Notes: generated from the letters alone by a model not told the origin. Positions 50,733 to 60,414 are shown, counted from the stretch's first letter. The stretch: 64,000 bases of DNA from Patescibacteria group bacterium (GCA_041650515.1 JBAZLA010000001.1:82710-146709), one strand, 5' to 3'. Numbers and translations are program-made.

Positions 50733-52409
50733 ATGCCTAAATGTTTAATCTGCCAATCTAACTTTACCATCGAGCCTGACGACCGGATTTTTTATCAAAA
50801 AATCAATGTACCCGAGCCGGTCGAGTGCCCAGCTTGCCGCCAGCAGCTGCGCCTTTGTTGGCGTTGCGAACGCAGCCTGCACTTCCGACCCTGCGACCTT
50901 TGTGGTAGACAGCATATGTCTAGCTATGGTGCTCACACTACCTTTCCGGTTTATTGCCTAGACTGTTGGTATGGCGACAGCTGGAATCAACTTCAAAACG
51001 GCCGCGATTTTGACTTCTCTCGCCCGTTTTTTGAACAATGGGGTGAACTCCAAAAAATATCAGCTCGACCGAGCCTTTTTATTACTCAAGGTACGGTTTT
51101 TAACAGCGACTATTGTAACGCCGTCACGGCGATTAAAAACTGCTACCTGGTTTTTAGCGCTTTTGAATGCGAAGATTGTTATTATTCCAGCTTTATTCGC
51201 GAATCGTATAATCTTTTTGATTGCACTGAGGTATATTCGTCTGAACGATGTTACGATTGCATCAATTGCGACCAATGTTATGGCGTAATTGCTAGCGATA
51301 ACTGCAAAGTCTGCCGCGACTCGGCTTTTCTCTGGGATTGCCACGGCTGCAGTGACTGTTTGTTGTGTACCAATCTACGTAATCAAAAATTCTGTATCAA
51401 TAACCAGCAACTAACCGAAGCCGACTATCGCGCCAAAAGAGCCCAGATTGATCTGCGGTCCAAAACAATCTATGACCAGAGCACTCAAAAATTAAAGGAG
51501 CTCAAAAAACAAGCGATTCATAAATACTGCCAAGGATTTAATAATATTAATTGCTCTGGCGATTATTTGACTCGCTGTAAAAATTCTAAATACGCCTATG
51601 ACTGCTTCGAAAATGAGGATTGCAAATACGTCACCCGGCTTAATAGCGGCAAAGATTGTTTTGATGTCGACCATTTTGGCTCAGATGGAATAGAGCTAGT
51701 CTACTATACTGCCAGTTCTGGCACCCGCTCGTTTAATAATAAGTTCTGCAACCAAGTCTGGAGCACTGTCCAGAATATGGAATACTGCGATATGTGTCAG
51801 AACGGCTCGCATGACTGTTTCGGCTGCGCCTGTCTAAATAAAAAGCAATATTGCATCCTCAATAAACAATACTCACCAGAAGAATACGCCAAGCTTAAAG
51901 AAAAAATAATCGCCCACATGCGCCAAACCCCGTATAACGGAACGGGGCAAGCCGGTGAATATGGCCGTTTTTTCCCGCCCCACCTTTCCCACGTTCCTTA
52001 TACTGATTCATTTGCGCAAGACTATTACCCACTAACTAAGGAAAAGGCGCTAAAACTTGGCTTTCGCTGGGAAGACGATGACTCTAAATACCAACCCGCT
52101 TCCTGCCCATTGCCAGATGATTTGAATGAAATCAAGAATGATATTACCAAAGAAATTTTAGTCTGCACCAACTGCGGCAAGAATTACAAAATCATTAGTC
52201 AGGAATTGGAGTTTTATAAAACCCTCAATCTGCCCCTACCCGACCAATGTTTTAACTGCCGACTACTGGTTCGTTTGGCTCGCAAAAATCCCCGCGTACT
52301 CTATGATCATACCTGTTCTAAATGCGGCAAGATGCTAAAAACTACTTATTCTCCAAACCGGCCAGAAAAAGTTTATTGTGAAGAGTGTTATCAGAAGGAA
52401 ATATATTAA
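50733..52409 (+). CDS. Cysteine-rich repeat protein, tandem paralog A (558 aa)
   Basis: N- and C-terminal zinc-ribbon pairs (CxxC...CxxC). Internal repeats have the form xCxxCxxSxxxx(N/D)C. C-terminus is VYCEECYQKEIY. Confidence 0.6.
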   Translation: MPKCLICQSNFTIEPDDRIFYQKINVPEPVECPACRQQLRLCWRCERSLHFRPCDLCGRQHMSSYGAHTTFPVYCLDCWYGDSWNQLQNGRDFDFSRPFFEQWGELQKISARPSLFITQGTVFNSDYCNAVTAIKNCYLVFSAFECEDCYYSSFIRESYNLFDCTEVYSSERCYDCINCDQCYGVIASDNCKVCRDSAFLWDCHGCSDCLLCTNLRNQKFCINNQQLTEADYRAKRAQIDLRSKTIYDQSTQKLKELKKQAIHKYCQGFNNINCSGDYLTRCKNSKYAYDCFENEDCKYVTRLNSGKDCFDVDHFGSDGIELVYYTASSGTRSFNNKFCNQVWSTVQNMEYCDMCQNGSHDCFGCACLNKKQYCILNKQYSPEEYAKLKEKIIAHMRQTPYNGTGQAGEYGRFFPPHLSHVPYTDSFAQDYYPLTKEKALKLGFRWEDDDSKYQPASCPLPDDLNEIKNDITKEILVCTNCGKNYKIISQELEFYKTLNLPLPDQCFNCRLLVRLARKNPRVLYDHTCSKCGKMLKTTYSPNRPEKVYCEECYQKEIY

Positions 52410-52543
52410 ACTTCCCGTCATCGCGAACGAAGCGTAAGCGGAGTCGAGGGATCTAATGGTTAATTACCAATATTCTCGGAATATCCCATTAGATCCCTCC
52501 ACTCCGCCCCGACGATTACGTCGGGGCTTCGGTCGGGATGACA
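52407..52543. repeat. Family-B repeat between the Cys-rich paralogs
   Basis: gtcatcgcgaacgaagcg...gtcgggatgaca. Same subtype as 41626. Confidence 0.75.
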
Positions 52544-52553
52544 ATAAAGACCT

Positions 52554-54212
52554 ATGCCCAATTGTAAAAACTGCCAACAAAATTTCACCATTACCGAGGC
52601 CGATCGGCAGTTTTATCGCAAAATGGAAGTGCCAGAACCAACTATGTGTTTTCCCTGCCGACTGCAAAACCTCATGGCCTATCGCAATGAGAGAGTTCTT
52701 TATCCAGCTATTTGTGGTCTGTGCAAAAAATCTATTCTCGCTGCTTATCCGCCGACCCATCCTACACCTATTTATTGCTATGAATGTTGGCACACGGATA
52801 AATGGGACTCTACCACTTATGGTCAAGATTATGATTCTGACCGATCATTTTTTGAGCAATATGAAAAACTGCAAAATACAGTACCGCCCTTTGCCTTATC
52901 GGTTTTTGGCAGTATCAACTCCGACTATACCAATTGCGCCTCTTGGAATAAAAACAGCTATTTGGTCTCCGGCGCTAATTATAACGAAGACGTACTGTAC
53001 GGCAACTACGTCAACTATGATAAATATTCTTTGGATATTTCTTTTACTCATAAATCTGAGCTTTGCTACGAGATTACCGACGGCGAAAACAATTACCATG
53101 TTCGTTTTGCTACTGATAGCTCTAATTGCTCCGACTGCTCCTTTATCCACGACTGCCGCAATTGCGTCGATTGTTTTTGTTGCACTAATCTGCGCAATGC
53201 TAAATATTGTATTCTCAATAAACCATATAATGAAGCAGACTACCGGAAAAAAATGGCAGCCATCGATCTGGGCAGCTACCAAACCGTGCAACAATATCTT
53301 GGGGAATTTAAACAGCTCAAACTGCTGGCAGTTTATCAATATTATCATGGCAGTAAAAACGAAAACTCAACCGGTGATTATTTTTACTATACCAAAGACT
53401 GCCATTATTGCTTCGACGCCACCGAAGTTGAGGGTTGCGCTTATTTACAATGGTTTCATAAAGCGCGAAATTGTTACGACATCTTGGCTTGGGGTTTTGG
53501 TGCGGAAAATTGCTATAGTGGAGTAGAAGTCGGTGACAACGTTACCTTTTTAAAATTTACCCGCACCTGCCGCACTGGCTCAAGTAATCTGGAATATTGC
53601 CAAAATTGCATCGGTTGCACCGATTGTTTTGGCTGTTACTGCATGCACAATGTCAAATATTGTATTTTAAATAAACAATATTTGGAAAAAGAATACCGAG
53701 AATTAAAAGAAAAAATTATTGCCAAAACGAAAAGTAGCGGCGAATACGGCGAGTTTTTTCCAACTAAATATTCTTATTTTGGCTATAATGAAACTATCGC
53801 CAATGACTATTTTCCTTTAACTCGCGAGGAAGTACTCAAACGCGGCTGGCACTGGCAGGATAAAATGCCCGGAATTTATGACAAAGGCACCTTAACCGCC
53901 GACCAATTACCAAACAATATTAAAGAAGTTGAGGATAATATCACTAAAGAGATTCTGGTTTGTGCTAGCTGTGGCAAAAATTACAAAATTACTCTAGCCG
54001 AATTAAAACTCTATAAACAGATTACTGTGCCCTTACCTCGGCAATGTTTTGATTGTCGGCATTTAGCTAGACTAAAACAAAGAAACCCCCGACAATTATG
54101 GCACCGCCAGTGCCTGCGTCCCGGCTGCAAAAATGAATTTGAAACCACTTATGCTCCCGATCGCTCGGAGAAAGTTTATTGTGAGGAGTGCTATCAAAAA
54201 GAGATCTACTGA
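52554..54212 (+). CDS. Cysteine-rich repeat protein, tandem paralog B (552 aa)
   Basis: Same architecture and termini (MPNCKNCQ... / ...VYCEECYQKEIY) as paralog A. Confidence 0.6.
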   Translation: MPNCKNCQQNFTITEADRQFYRKMEVPEPTMCFPCRLQNLMAYRNERVLYPAICGLCKKSILAAYPPTHPTPIYCYECWHTDKWDSTTYGQDYDSDRSFFEQYEKLQNTVPPFALSVFGSINSDYTNCASWNKNSYLVSGANYNEDVLYGNYVNYDKYSLDISFTHKSELCYEITDGENNYHVRFATDSSNCSDCSFIHDCRNCVDCFCCTNLRNAKYCILNKPYNEADYRKKMAAIDLGSYQTVQQYLGEFKQLKLLAVYQYYHGSKNENSTGDYFYYTKDCHYCFDATEVEGCAYLQWFHKARNCYDILAWGFGAENCYSGVEVGDNVTFLKFTRTCRTGSSNLEYCQNCIGCTDCFGCYCMHNVKYCILNKQYLEKEYRELKEKIIAKTKSSGEYGEFFPTKYSYFGYNETIANDYFPLTREEVLKRGWHWQDKMPGIYDKGTLTADQLPNNIKEVEDNITKEILVCASCGKNYKITLAELKLYKQITVPLPRQCFDCRHLARLKQRNPRQLWHRQCLRPGCKNEFETTYAPDRSEKVYCEECYQKEIY

Positions 54213-54286
54213 GGGAGTACTTGCCCCGTGATCCGCCTTAGGCGGATTTTATGGGGCTATCAGAAGGAAATATATTAAATTCCACT

Positions 54287-54385
54287 GTCATTGCGAGCCC
54301 GCCGCAGGCGGACGAAGCAATCTCCTGGGTAAACCACCAGATTGCTTCGTCGCTCCCGCCTAAAGGCGGTCGCTCCTCGCAATGA
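54287..54385. repeat. Family-B repeat after paralog B
   Basis: Preceded by a duplicated gene-end fragment atcagaaggaaatatattaaa. Carries hairpin gacgaagcaatctcctgggtaaaccaccagattgcttcgtc. Confidence 0.8.
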
Positions 54386-54507
54386 CGCTAAAAAACTATA
54401 CCCACCTGCCAAAACTGCCAACCAGCAGTTTTTTGATTTGACATTATTTCTAAAAAGGCTAAGCTTAAACATACTCTCAATAGTTCTTTACCAAGTAGGA
54501 GGGGTTT

Positions 54508-54873
54508 ATGAAACCCAAACGCGGCAGCCAGAAGATCGAGGTGGATTTTCTGTACGTGGTGATGCCACGGGCACATCGAGTGGTCTTCGTTGCCACTCAA
54601 GACGTGCCCCACGGAGTCAACCTCGAAAAAGTGGTCCAAAAATATGTTTTAAATGAACTCAAAAAAGCGGGGGAAGGACATCGTTTCTTCTGGTATCGTC
54701 TCGACAACCACATGAGGCCGCCGAGGAACCGCCCTCGTCCAGGCGATTTCCATGTACTCCAGGTCTATTACGGATCGACGGCAAATCGGGACGCAACCAA
54801 GGATATGTCTCAACCAGATTCCAAATGGCTGCGACAGGCTGTCCATGCCCTGCTGCGGCAACTGGCGGCCTAG
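54508..54873 (+). CDS. Hypothetical protein (121 aa), GC-rich islet
   Basis: AGGAGGGGTTT-ATG. Has a downstream hairpin and T-run. Confidence 0.5.
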   Translation: MKPKRGSQKIEVDFLYVVMPRAHRVVFVATQDVPHGVNLEKVVQKYVLNELKKAGEGHRFFWYRLDNHMRPPRNRPRPGDFHVLQVYYGSTANRDATKDMSQPDSKWLRQAVHALLRQLAA

Positions 54874-54969
54874 CCGCTATCAGACACGCTGTGTCCAACC
54901 CAGTCATTACGACTGGTTTTTTATTAAAAAAAGTCGCGAAGCGACACCTTTATTTTTAATTCTTAATTT

Positions 54970-57789
54970 TTAATTTTTAATTTCTTTAGTCTCGCCCCAA
55001 TTATCTCCCACCTCGATTTTAACCTCAATCGGCACCCGGAGTTTATAAACATTCTCCATCGTTTCTTGAATCAATCTAGCCGCTTTTTTAACCACGCTAT
55101 TTTTGACTTCAAACACTAGTTCGTCGTGCACCTGCAAAACCATTTTAACTTCGTCGGGCTGGAATTCTTGCTTTAACTTCTGATCAACTTGAATCATGGC
55201 TAGTTTGATTAAATCAGCCGCCGTACCCTGGATCGGTGCGTTAATGGCCATCCGCTCGGCGGCGTTGCGCACCTGTGCCAGACCAGAACTGATCTCAGGC
55301 AAATAGCGCACTCGGCCAAAAAGCGTTTCCACATAACCATGCTCACGCGCCGAGGCTAAAGTCTCACGGATAAACTGCTCGACACCGCTAAAAGCCGAAA
55401 AATATTTGGTGATAAACTCCTGAGCTTGCTCGCGTGAAATACCAGTCCGCCAAGCTAGGCCGTAAGCACCCATGCCATAAAGCACACCAAAATTAACTTC
55501 TTTAGCATTGCGGCGCATCTCTTTGGTGACCTCCGAGAGCTTAACTCCATTGATCTCAGCCGCGGTGGCAGTATGAATGTCTTCATTATTTTGAAAAATC
55601 TCCAACATTTTCTTGTCCTCAGCTAAAGAAGCCACAATCCGCAGCTCAATTTGCGAATAGTCAGCCGCCAGGATCTGATAACCTTTTTCGGCCACAAACG
55701 CCCGACGGATCTGTCCACCCAATTCAGTCCGAATGGGAATATTCTGGAGATTAGGTTCAGACGAAGACAGGCGACCCGTTGAGGTAACAGTTTGATTAAA
55801 ACTAGTGTGCACCCGGCCAGTAATCGAATCAACTAGATCGGGCAGAGCTTGAGTATAGGTACTCTGGAGCTTAGCGAGCTCGCGGTGCTGGGAAATATAA
55901 TCAATTATTTCGTGCCGACCACGCAGTTTTTCCAGTTCGGCCGCAGCCGTCGAGATACCGGTCTTGAGTTTTTTTAGTCCACCAGTAGAGATTTTAAGCT
56001 TATCAAACAATACTTCTTTAAGCTGCAACGGCGAATCAATATTAAAGTCGGTACCAGCCAACTGATGAATTTTTTGGTCCGCGATCAGACGCTCTTTTTC
56101 AATCCGAGCATCAAGCTTAGCCAAAAATTTAGGATCAATTTTAACTCCGGTTAATTCCATTTGAACTAAAATCGGAATCAACGGCATCTCAATTTTTTCC
56201 ATCAGGCCCAAAATATTTTTGCGCTCCACTTCATTACTTAATTTTTGGTAAAGCTGATAGGTATAATCAGCATCTTCGCAACAATATTCAGCTACTCGCT
56301 CAACTGGCACTTGGTCTAACGTCAGCTGGTCTTTGCCTTTGGGACCGATTAAACTTTCAATCGGGATCATCTCATGCCCCAGCTCCGTAAAAGCCAAGGT
56401 ATCCAAATCATGCGCCCGGCTACCGGAGTTAAGTAGGTAAGAAGCAATCATGGTGTCGAAATAAACTCCTTGGACATCAATCCCAGCCTGCTGCAGAATC
56501 TCTAAATCATATTTCAAGTTGTGACCGATTTTTTGGACGTTCTTATCTTCTAAAATCTTTTTAATTTCATCGCCGATGGCCGGTAGCCGATGGCCGATGG
56601 CTAAATACCAACCCTCTCCAGCTCGCCAGCTAAACCCAATGCCAACCAACTTAGCTTCCAAGGTATTTAAACCAGTGGTTTCGGTATCAATCGCTATTAC
56701 TGCTTGTTTCTTTAATTCAACCAAAAAACTTTTTAAACTCTTGGCATCATCAACCAAATGATAACCTTTGGGCATTTTAAAATCACTGCGGGCACCAGAC
56801 TCCTGCACGGGCAGGGCACTGCCCTGACCCCTACCGACTGCAAATAAATCTCCCTGCTTTTGTTGCTGTTTACCACTCAGCTCGGGCAATCGATTTAATA
56901 GCGATTTAAACCCCAAATGTTGAAAAAGCATAAACACCGCTTGATTATCAAATCCGCGCACCGCCGCTTCCTGAAGATTAAACTTGATCGGCGCATCAGT
57001 CACAATCGTCGCTAAGTGCTTGGATAATAAGGCATCTTTCTCATGTTCTAACAGCAGTTCTTTGATCCGTGGCTTAATTTCTTCACCTTCTTGTTTTCTT
57101 GCTTTTTTGTTTTCTTGCTTTTTTGTTTTCTTGATTTCTTGATACAGGTTCTCCAACGTACCAAACTGTTGCAGCAATTCCGTAGCAGTTTTTTCACCCA
57201 CACCCTTGACCCCGGGCAGATTATCCGATGGATCACCCCGCAGGCCCTTATAATCAACCATCTGCGCTGGCGCTAAGCCATAACGCTCCTTGACGGCCGC
57301 GGCATCGTAGATAACCGTATCGTTAATGCCTTTTTTGAGCGTAAAAACGGCGGTGTCATCGTTAATCAACTGCAATGTATCCATGTCGCCAGTAACAATA
57401 ATATTTTCTACCTGCCCATCTGTCTGACGACAAATTGTGCCAATCAAATCATCGGCCTCATAATTATCTTCTTTGTAAATCGGAATATTAAACGCCCGAG
57501 CTAACTGCTCTACTACCGGAATCTGGGCATAGAGCTCGTCCGGCTGTTTTTGGCGGGTGGCTTTATACTCGGTATATTCTTGATGACGAAAAGTTTTTTT
57601 GCCTTTGTCTAAAGTCAGGACAACATAATCCGGCTTAAGATCTTTATAAATTTTGAGCAAAATCAAAGCAAAGCCGTAAACAGCATTAACCAACATCCCG
57701 TCTTTACTGGTCAGCGGCGGCAAAGCGTGGAACGCCCGATGGATCAGGGCATTGCCGTCAATAACAATTAGTTTTCCTTTCTTAGACAT
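54970..57789 (-). CDS. polA: DNA polymerase I
   Basis: 5'-3' exonuclease, 3'-5' exonuclease and polymerase (motif A DYSQIELR, motif C QVHDE) domains. A repeat-encoded K/Q/E-rich in-frame insertion sits in the inter-domain linker (57085-57145). Confidence 0.95.
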   Translation of the reverse strand: MSKKGKLIVIDGNALIHRAFHALPPLTSKDGMLVNAVYGFALILLKIYKDLKPDYVVLTLDKGKKTFRHQEYTEYKATRQKQPDELYAQIPVVEQLARAFNIPIYKEDNYEADDLIGTICRQTDGQVENIIVTGDMDTLQLINDDTAVFTLKKGINDTVIYDAAAVKERYGLAPAQMVDYKGLRGDPSDNLPGVKGVGEKTATELLQQFGTLENLYQEIKKTKKQENKKARKQEGEEIKPRIKELLLEHEKDALLSKHLATIVTDAPIKFNLQEAAVRGFDNQAVFMLFQHLGFKSLLNRLPELSGKQQQKQGDLFAVGRGQGSALPVQESGARSDFKMPKGYHLVDDAKSLKSFLVELKKQAVIAIDTETTGLNTLEAKLVGIGFSWRAGEGWYLAIGHRLPAIGDEIKKILEDKNVQKIGHNLKYDLEILQQAGIDVQGVYFDTMIASYLLNSGSRAHDLDTLAFTELGHEMIPIESLIGPKGKDQLTLDQVPVERVAEYCCEDADYTYQLYQKLSNEVERKNILGLMEKIEMPLIPILVQMELTGVKIDPKFLAKLDARIEKERLIADQKIHQLAGTDFNIDSPLQLKEVLFDKLKISTGGLKKLKTGISTAAAELEKLRGRHEIIDYISQHRELAKLQSTYTQALPDLVDSITGRVHTSFNQTVTSTGRLSSSEPNLQNIPIRTELGGQIRRAFVAEKGYQILAADYSQIELRIVASLAEDKKMLEIFQNNEDIHTATAAEINGVKLSEVTKEMRRNAKEVNFGVLYGMGAYGLAWRTGISREQAQEFITKYFSAFSGVEQFIRETLASAREHGYVETLFGRVRYLPEISSGLAQVRNAAERMAINAPIQGTAADLIKLAMIQVDQKLKQEFQPDEVKMVLQVHDELVFEVKNSVVKKAARLIQETMENVYKLRVPIEVKIEVGDNWGETKEIKN

Positions 57790-57941
57790 GGGTATATTTT
57801 ACCATTTCGGACCAAATAAAAAAACCGCCTAACTTCTCTAATTTGTCATCCTAAGCCCTTCGGAATGACAATTAAAAATACTTTATCCCTAACAACATTA
57901 AATTTTTCTAAACAAAAAATCACCCTTCAAGGTGGTTTGGA

Positions 57942-57990
57942 GGCCAGGAGGGGATTTGTCTCCCTACGGGAGATCCCCCATAGGGGGACA
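57942..57990 (-). repeat. tRNA-Cys 3'-end duplicate (ggccaggaggggatttg) + double mini-hairpin module
   Basis: 17-nt identity to 58313-58329, followed by tctccc-tac-gggaga and tccccc-ata-ggggga hairpins. Confidence 0.7.
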
Positions 57991-57997
57991 CCCCTGA

Positions 57998-58279
57998 TTA
58001 TCCAACTGAGTGATTACCTATTCTTAATTTAATAATTTCTTTCTGCTGGCTATTGTGTTTCAACTCATATTCTCTTTTAGCAGCTACCAAATTACTAACA
58101 TAAGCCTCATAATAAACAAGAGCTAACGGCCTTTTGTCTTTTGTTGATTTTACTTCACCCTGATTATGTTTTAAAAAACGGGAACTCAAATCAGAAGAAT
58201 AGCCAATATATAACCACCTCGGATCTCTTATACTCTGTAGGGCATAGACATAAAACATGCCATAAGTATAAAAAACCAA
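57998..58279 (-). CDS. GIY-YIG nuclease domain protein (small, about 86-93 aa)
   Basis: FYVYAL...YIGYSSDL..R...H..G. Likely start is MFYVYAL at 58258. Confidence 0.7.
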   Translation of the reverse strand: MVFYTYGMFYVYALQSIRDPRWLYIGYSSDLSSRFLKHNQGEVKSTKDKRPLALVYYEAYVSNLVAAKREYELKHNSQQKEIIKLRIGNHSVG

Positions 58280-58311
58280 AAGTTAAATATTTCTAAACTT
58301 ATCAAACCAAA

Positions 58312-58383
58312 AAGGCCAGGAGGGGATTTGCACCCCTGCATAGAGGTTTTGCAGACCTCTGCCTTACTACTTGGCTACCTGGC
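58312..58383 (-). tRNA. tRNA-Cys (anticodon GCA)
   Basis: Acceptor ggccagg/cctggcc. Anticodon loop cUGCAaa. T-arm aggggTGCAAATcccct. Confidence 0.8.
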
Positions 58384-58413
58384 CGAAAAAGAAAAAAAAA
58401 TTTAAACAATGAT

Positions 58414-58503
58414 CAGGTTTTGTCTCCCTACGGGAGATCCCCCACAGGGGGACAGACCTCTGCCTGGATTTTATCCGCCTTGGGCGGAACTTGGCTACCT
58501 GGC
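58414..58503 (-). pseudogene. Degenerate tRNA-Cys copy with insertions in D-loop and anticodon loop
   Basis: Shares ggccaggtagccaagt...aggcagaggtctg...caaaacct with the intact gene. There is a 30-nt double mini-hairpin inserted after anticodon position 34 and a hairpin ccgcccaaggcgg in the D-loop. The 3' half is missing. Confidence 0.6.
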
Positions 58504-58600
58504 CGAAATTATTAAATCTCACCCTATAATAACAAAACAACTATCAAAAATCAACCTTACTTTTTTATTATTACTCAAACAATATAGAATAATAAACCCA

Positions 58601-58793
58601 ACTGGGGTTTGGGGCGCCCGCCTAGACTCGACGTCTAGTCGAGGCTGGAATACGGCGCGCAGCCGAGCTCCGACCTTTTTTGATTACGCCAAGGAGCGAG
58701 GCGGGTAAAACGAGCTGGGGATGAACAACGAATCGCGCCTGATGAGTCCCAAAGCTTTTTTGTGTTACTTTTTTAGTTATAAAAAAGTAACAA
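58601..58793 (+). repeat. Family-A structured repeat, copy 2
   Basis: ggggtttggggcg...agtcccaaagc-T6 closing stem. Has ttttttgattacgcc and gcgggtaaaacgag blocks, and the terminal palindrome gttactttttta-gtta-taaaaaagtaac. Confidence 0.6.
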
Positions 58794-58902
58794 CCACTAT
58801 TTTTCCAAAAAAAAGAAGCAGGTGGGCTTCTGTCTAGTGTTGTATCCTCCTTGGAAAACACTAGCTAGAAGCTTCCTGCTTTTGGGGGTATATTGCAACC
58901 CC

Positions 58903-59718
58903 TTAGGCGTCATCCTCCTCCCACGGATACCGGTTGTCCGGTTCGGACTCGGGAACGTGTGGCCCCCGCCGTGGCGGTTCCTCGCATTGCTGCTCGGTCC
59001 GCCCGCGACGCCGGCGGCGGCGGATGATCAGCCAAACGACCAGCAACAGCACCGGGATGCCAATCCGCAGCGCCCAGGTCTTGATCGCCAGATTCCGCTG
59101 GTCCGATTTGGCCTTGGCGTGGCTGGCATTGATCATTTCCATCGCCGCTTGGATGTCAGCCGGCGTGGCTTCGACTGCGGCGTCCTCCTTGAGCCGACGG
59201 TTTTCGGCCAGCGCCGTTTCCAGCGCTGCAGCCTGATCAGCCTGCGCCTGAGCGAGCTGGCCAGCCGGGCTGTCGGGCAACGGATCCGCTTGGTCTTCCA
59301 AGCCCCGCGGATACCAGACCGACGCCGAAGCGCCGGAACTGGCACCCATCAGCTTGTAGCGACCAGAAGCGGACACGTTCCAGGTGGATTCACCGGGAGG
59401 CAATTCGGTCTTTTCTCCAGATCCCTGAAGGGCAAAGACCTTGCCCGAATGGACCGACACCGTCAGCTTGGGTGCCCGCAACGGGTCCATCCAGACGGTC
59501 CGCACGACTTCGTTTTTGGGCAAGCTGTACGGCCCGTTCCAGACGGGGTTTGGGGTTTGTGTTGCTGTCTGCTTCGCCGCGGAGTTGGTCTTGAGCGACT
59601 CGAGCTGCTTTTTGGCCAGCTCGATCAGCTTATCCAGACCAATCTTGGCTTCACCGGTCAGACCGCCGGCCGTCCGTTCGAGAAGCTCAATCTCCTCTTC
59701 GGACAGCGGCTGGCCCGC
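58903..59718 (-). CDS. Hypothetical protein with C-terminal transmembrane segment and poly-Arg tract; continuous in frame with the upstream gene across a TAG
   Basis: Open frame from the codon after TAG(59719-59721) to 58903. The post-stop sequence is coiled-coil-like (EEEIELLERTAGGLTGEAKIGLDKLIELAKKQLESL). The ORF track starts at a TTG (59523). GC-rich. Confidence 0.4.
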   Translation of the reverse strand, partial: AGQPLSEEEIELLERTAGGLTGEAKIGLDKLIELAKKQLESLKTNSAAKQTATQTPNPVWNGPYSLPKNEVVRTVWMDPLRAPKLTVSVHSGKVFALQGSGEKTELPPGESTWNVSASGRYKLMGASSGASASVWYPRGLEDQADPLPDSPAGQLAQAQADQAAALETALAENRRLKEDAAVEATPADIQAAMEMINASHAKAKSDQRNLAIKTWALRIGIPVLLLVVWLIIRRRRRRGRTEQQCEEPPRRGPHVPESEPDNRYPWEEDDA

Positions 59719-60414
59719 CTAGATCTTGGTGCGGATTGCCTCGAGCCGGACAATCTTCAGCGCCTGCTCGTAGTCGGCGTACTCCGCCGCGATCTCGGTT
59801 GCCACCGTCTGGGCCGGATTAACTTGATCAGTTGCCCACCAGAACGGGGTGTTGTGGCCACAGACCCGGACCCAAATCCCCGAAGGAAAAAGGCCGAGAA
59901 TCAGGATCACCAGGACCAACCGGACGCCGGACGCCGCGAGGCGTTTGGGCCACATGCCCGTGGGCAGGCCCCACGCACGGCCGATTGCCCAAAGGCAAAG
60001 TAGCACCAGAAACAGACCGACGATAAAGGTGACGCTGAAGTGGAGCGGGGTGAGGGTCAGCCCGATGATGATAATCAACGGGTAGACCAGGATGGTCGCG
60101 AGAGTCAGGGTCACCGCCCCCCAACCGCGCTTGGCGATTCGCGCCGCCAGATCGGCCAGGTAGAGGGAGATGCCTTTGACCTTGTCCTCGGTAAGACCGA
60201 GGAGTGCGCCCAGCTCCTTGACGACCTTGGTCACCTTTTCCTCGAGAAACAGGGCCAAAACACCGCCGACCAACCAGGCGAGTACTTTCTGCTTGCGGGT
60301 CATCGGCTTGTCGTCTTCGATTCCGAGCCAGGCGAGGAGCATGGTGAAAAACTGAACGTACGGATCTTTCGTTTCGCCGAGGGGATCGGCTGTGGGCTTG
60401 ATGTTCTCGGACAT
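59719..60414 (-). CDS. Polytopic membrane protein (231 aa), GC-rich operon
   Basis: GAAGGAGTACTGCC-ATG. About 5 transmembrane segments. Ends at an in-frame TAG. Confidence 0.5.
   Translation of the reverse strand: MSENIKPTADPLGETKDPYVQFFTMLLAWLGIEDDKPMTRKQKVLAWLVGGVLALFLEEKVTKVVKELGALLGLTEDKVKGISLYLADLAARIAKRGWGAVTLTLATILVYPLIIIIGLTLTPLHFSVTFIVGLFLVLLCLWAIGRAWGLPTGMWPKRLAASGVRLVLVILILGLFPSGIWVRVCGHNTPFWWATDQVNPAQTVATEIAAEYADYEQALKIVRLEAIRTKI

Noticed and set aside
52456-53526. 356-aa plus-strand ORF overlapping Cys-rich paralog B in another frame
   Set aside because: Low-complexity I/L/T-rich translation with no start context. The co-linear paralog frame is clearly the real one.
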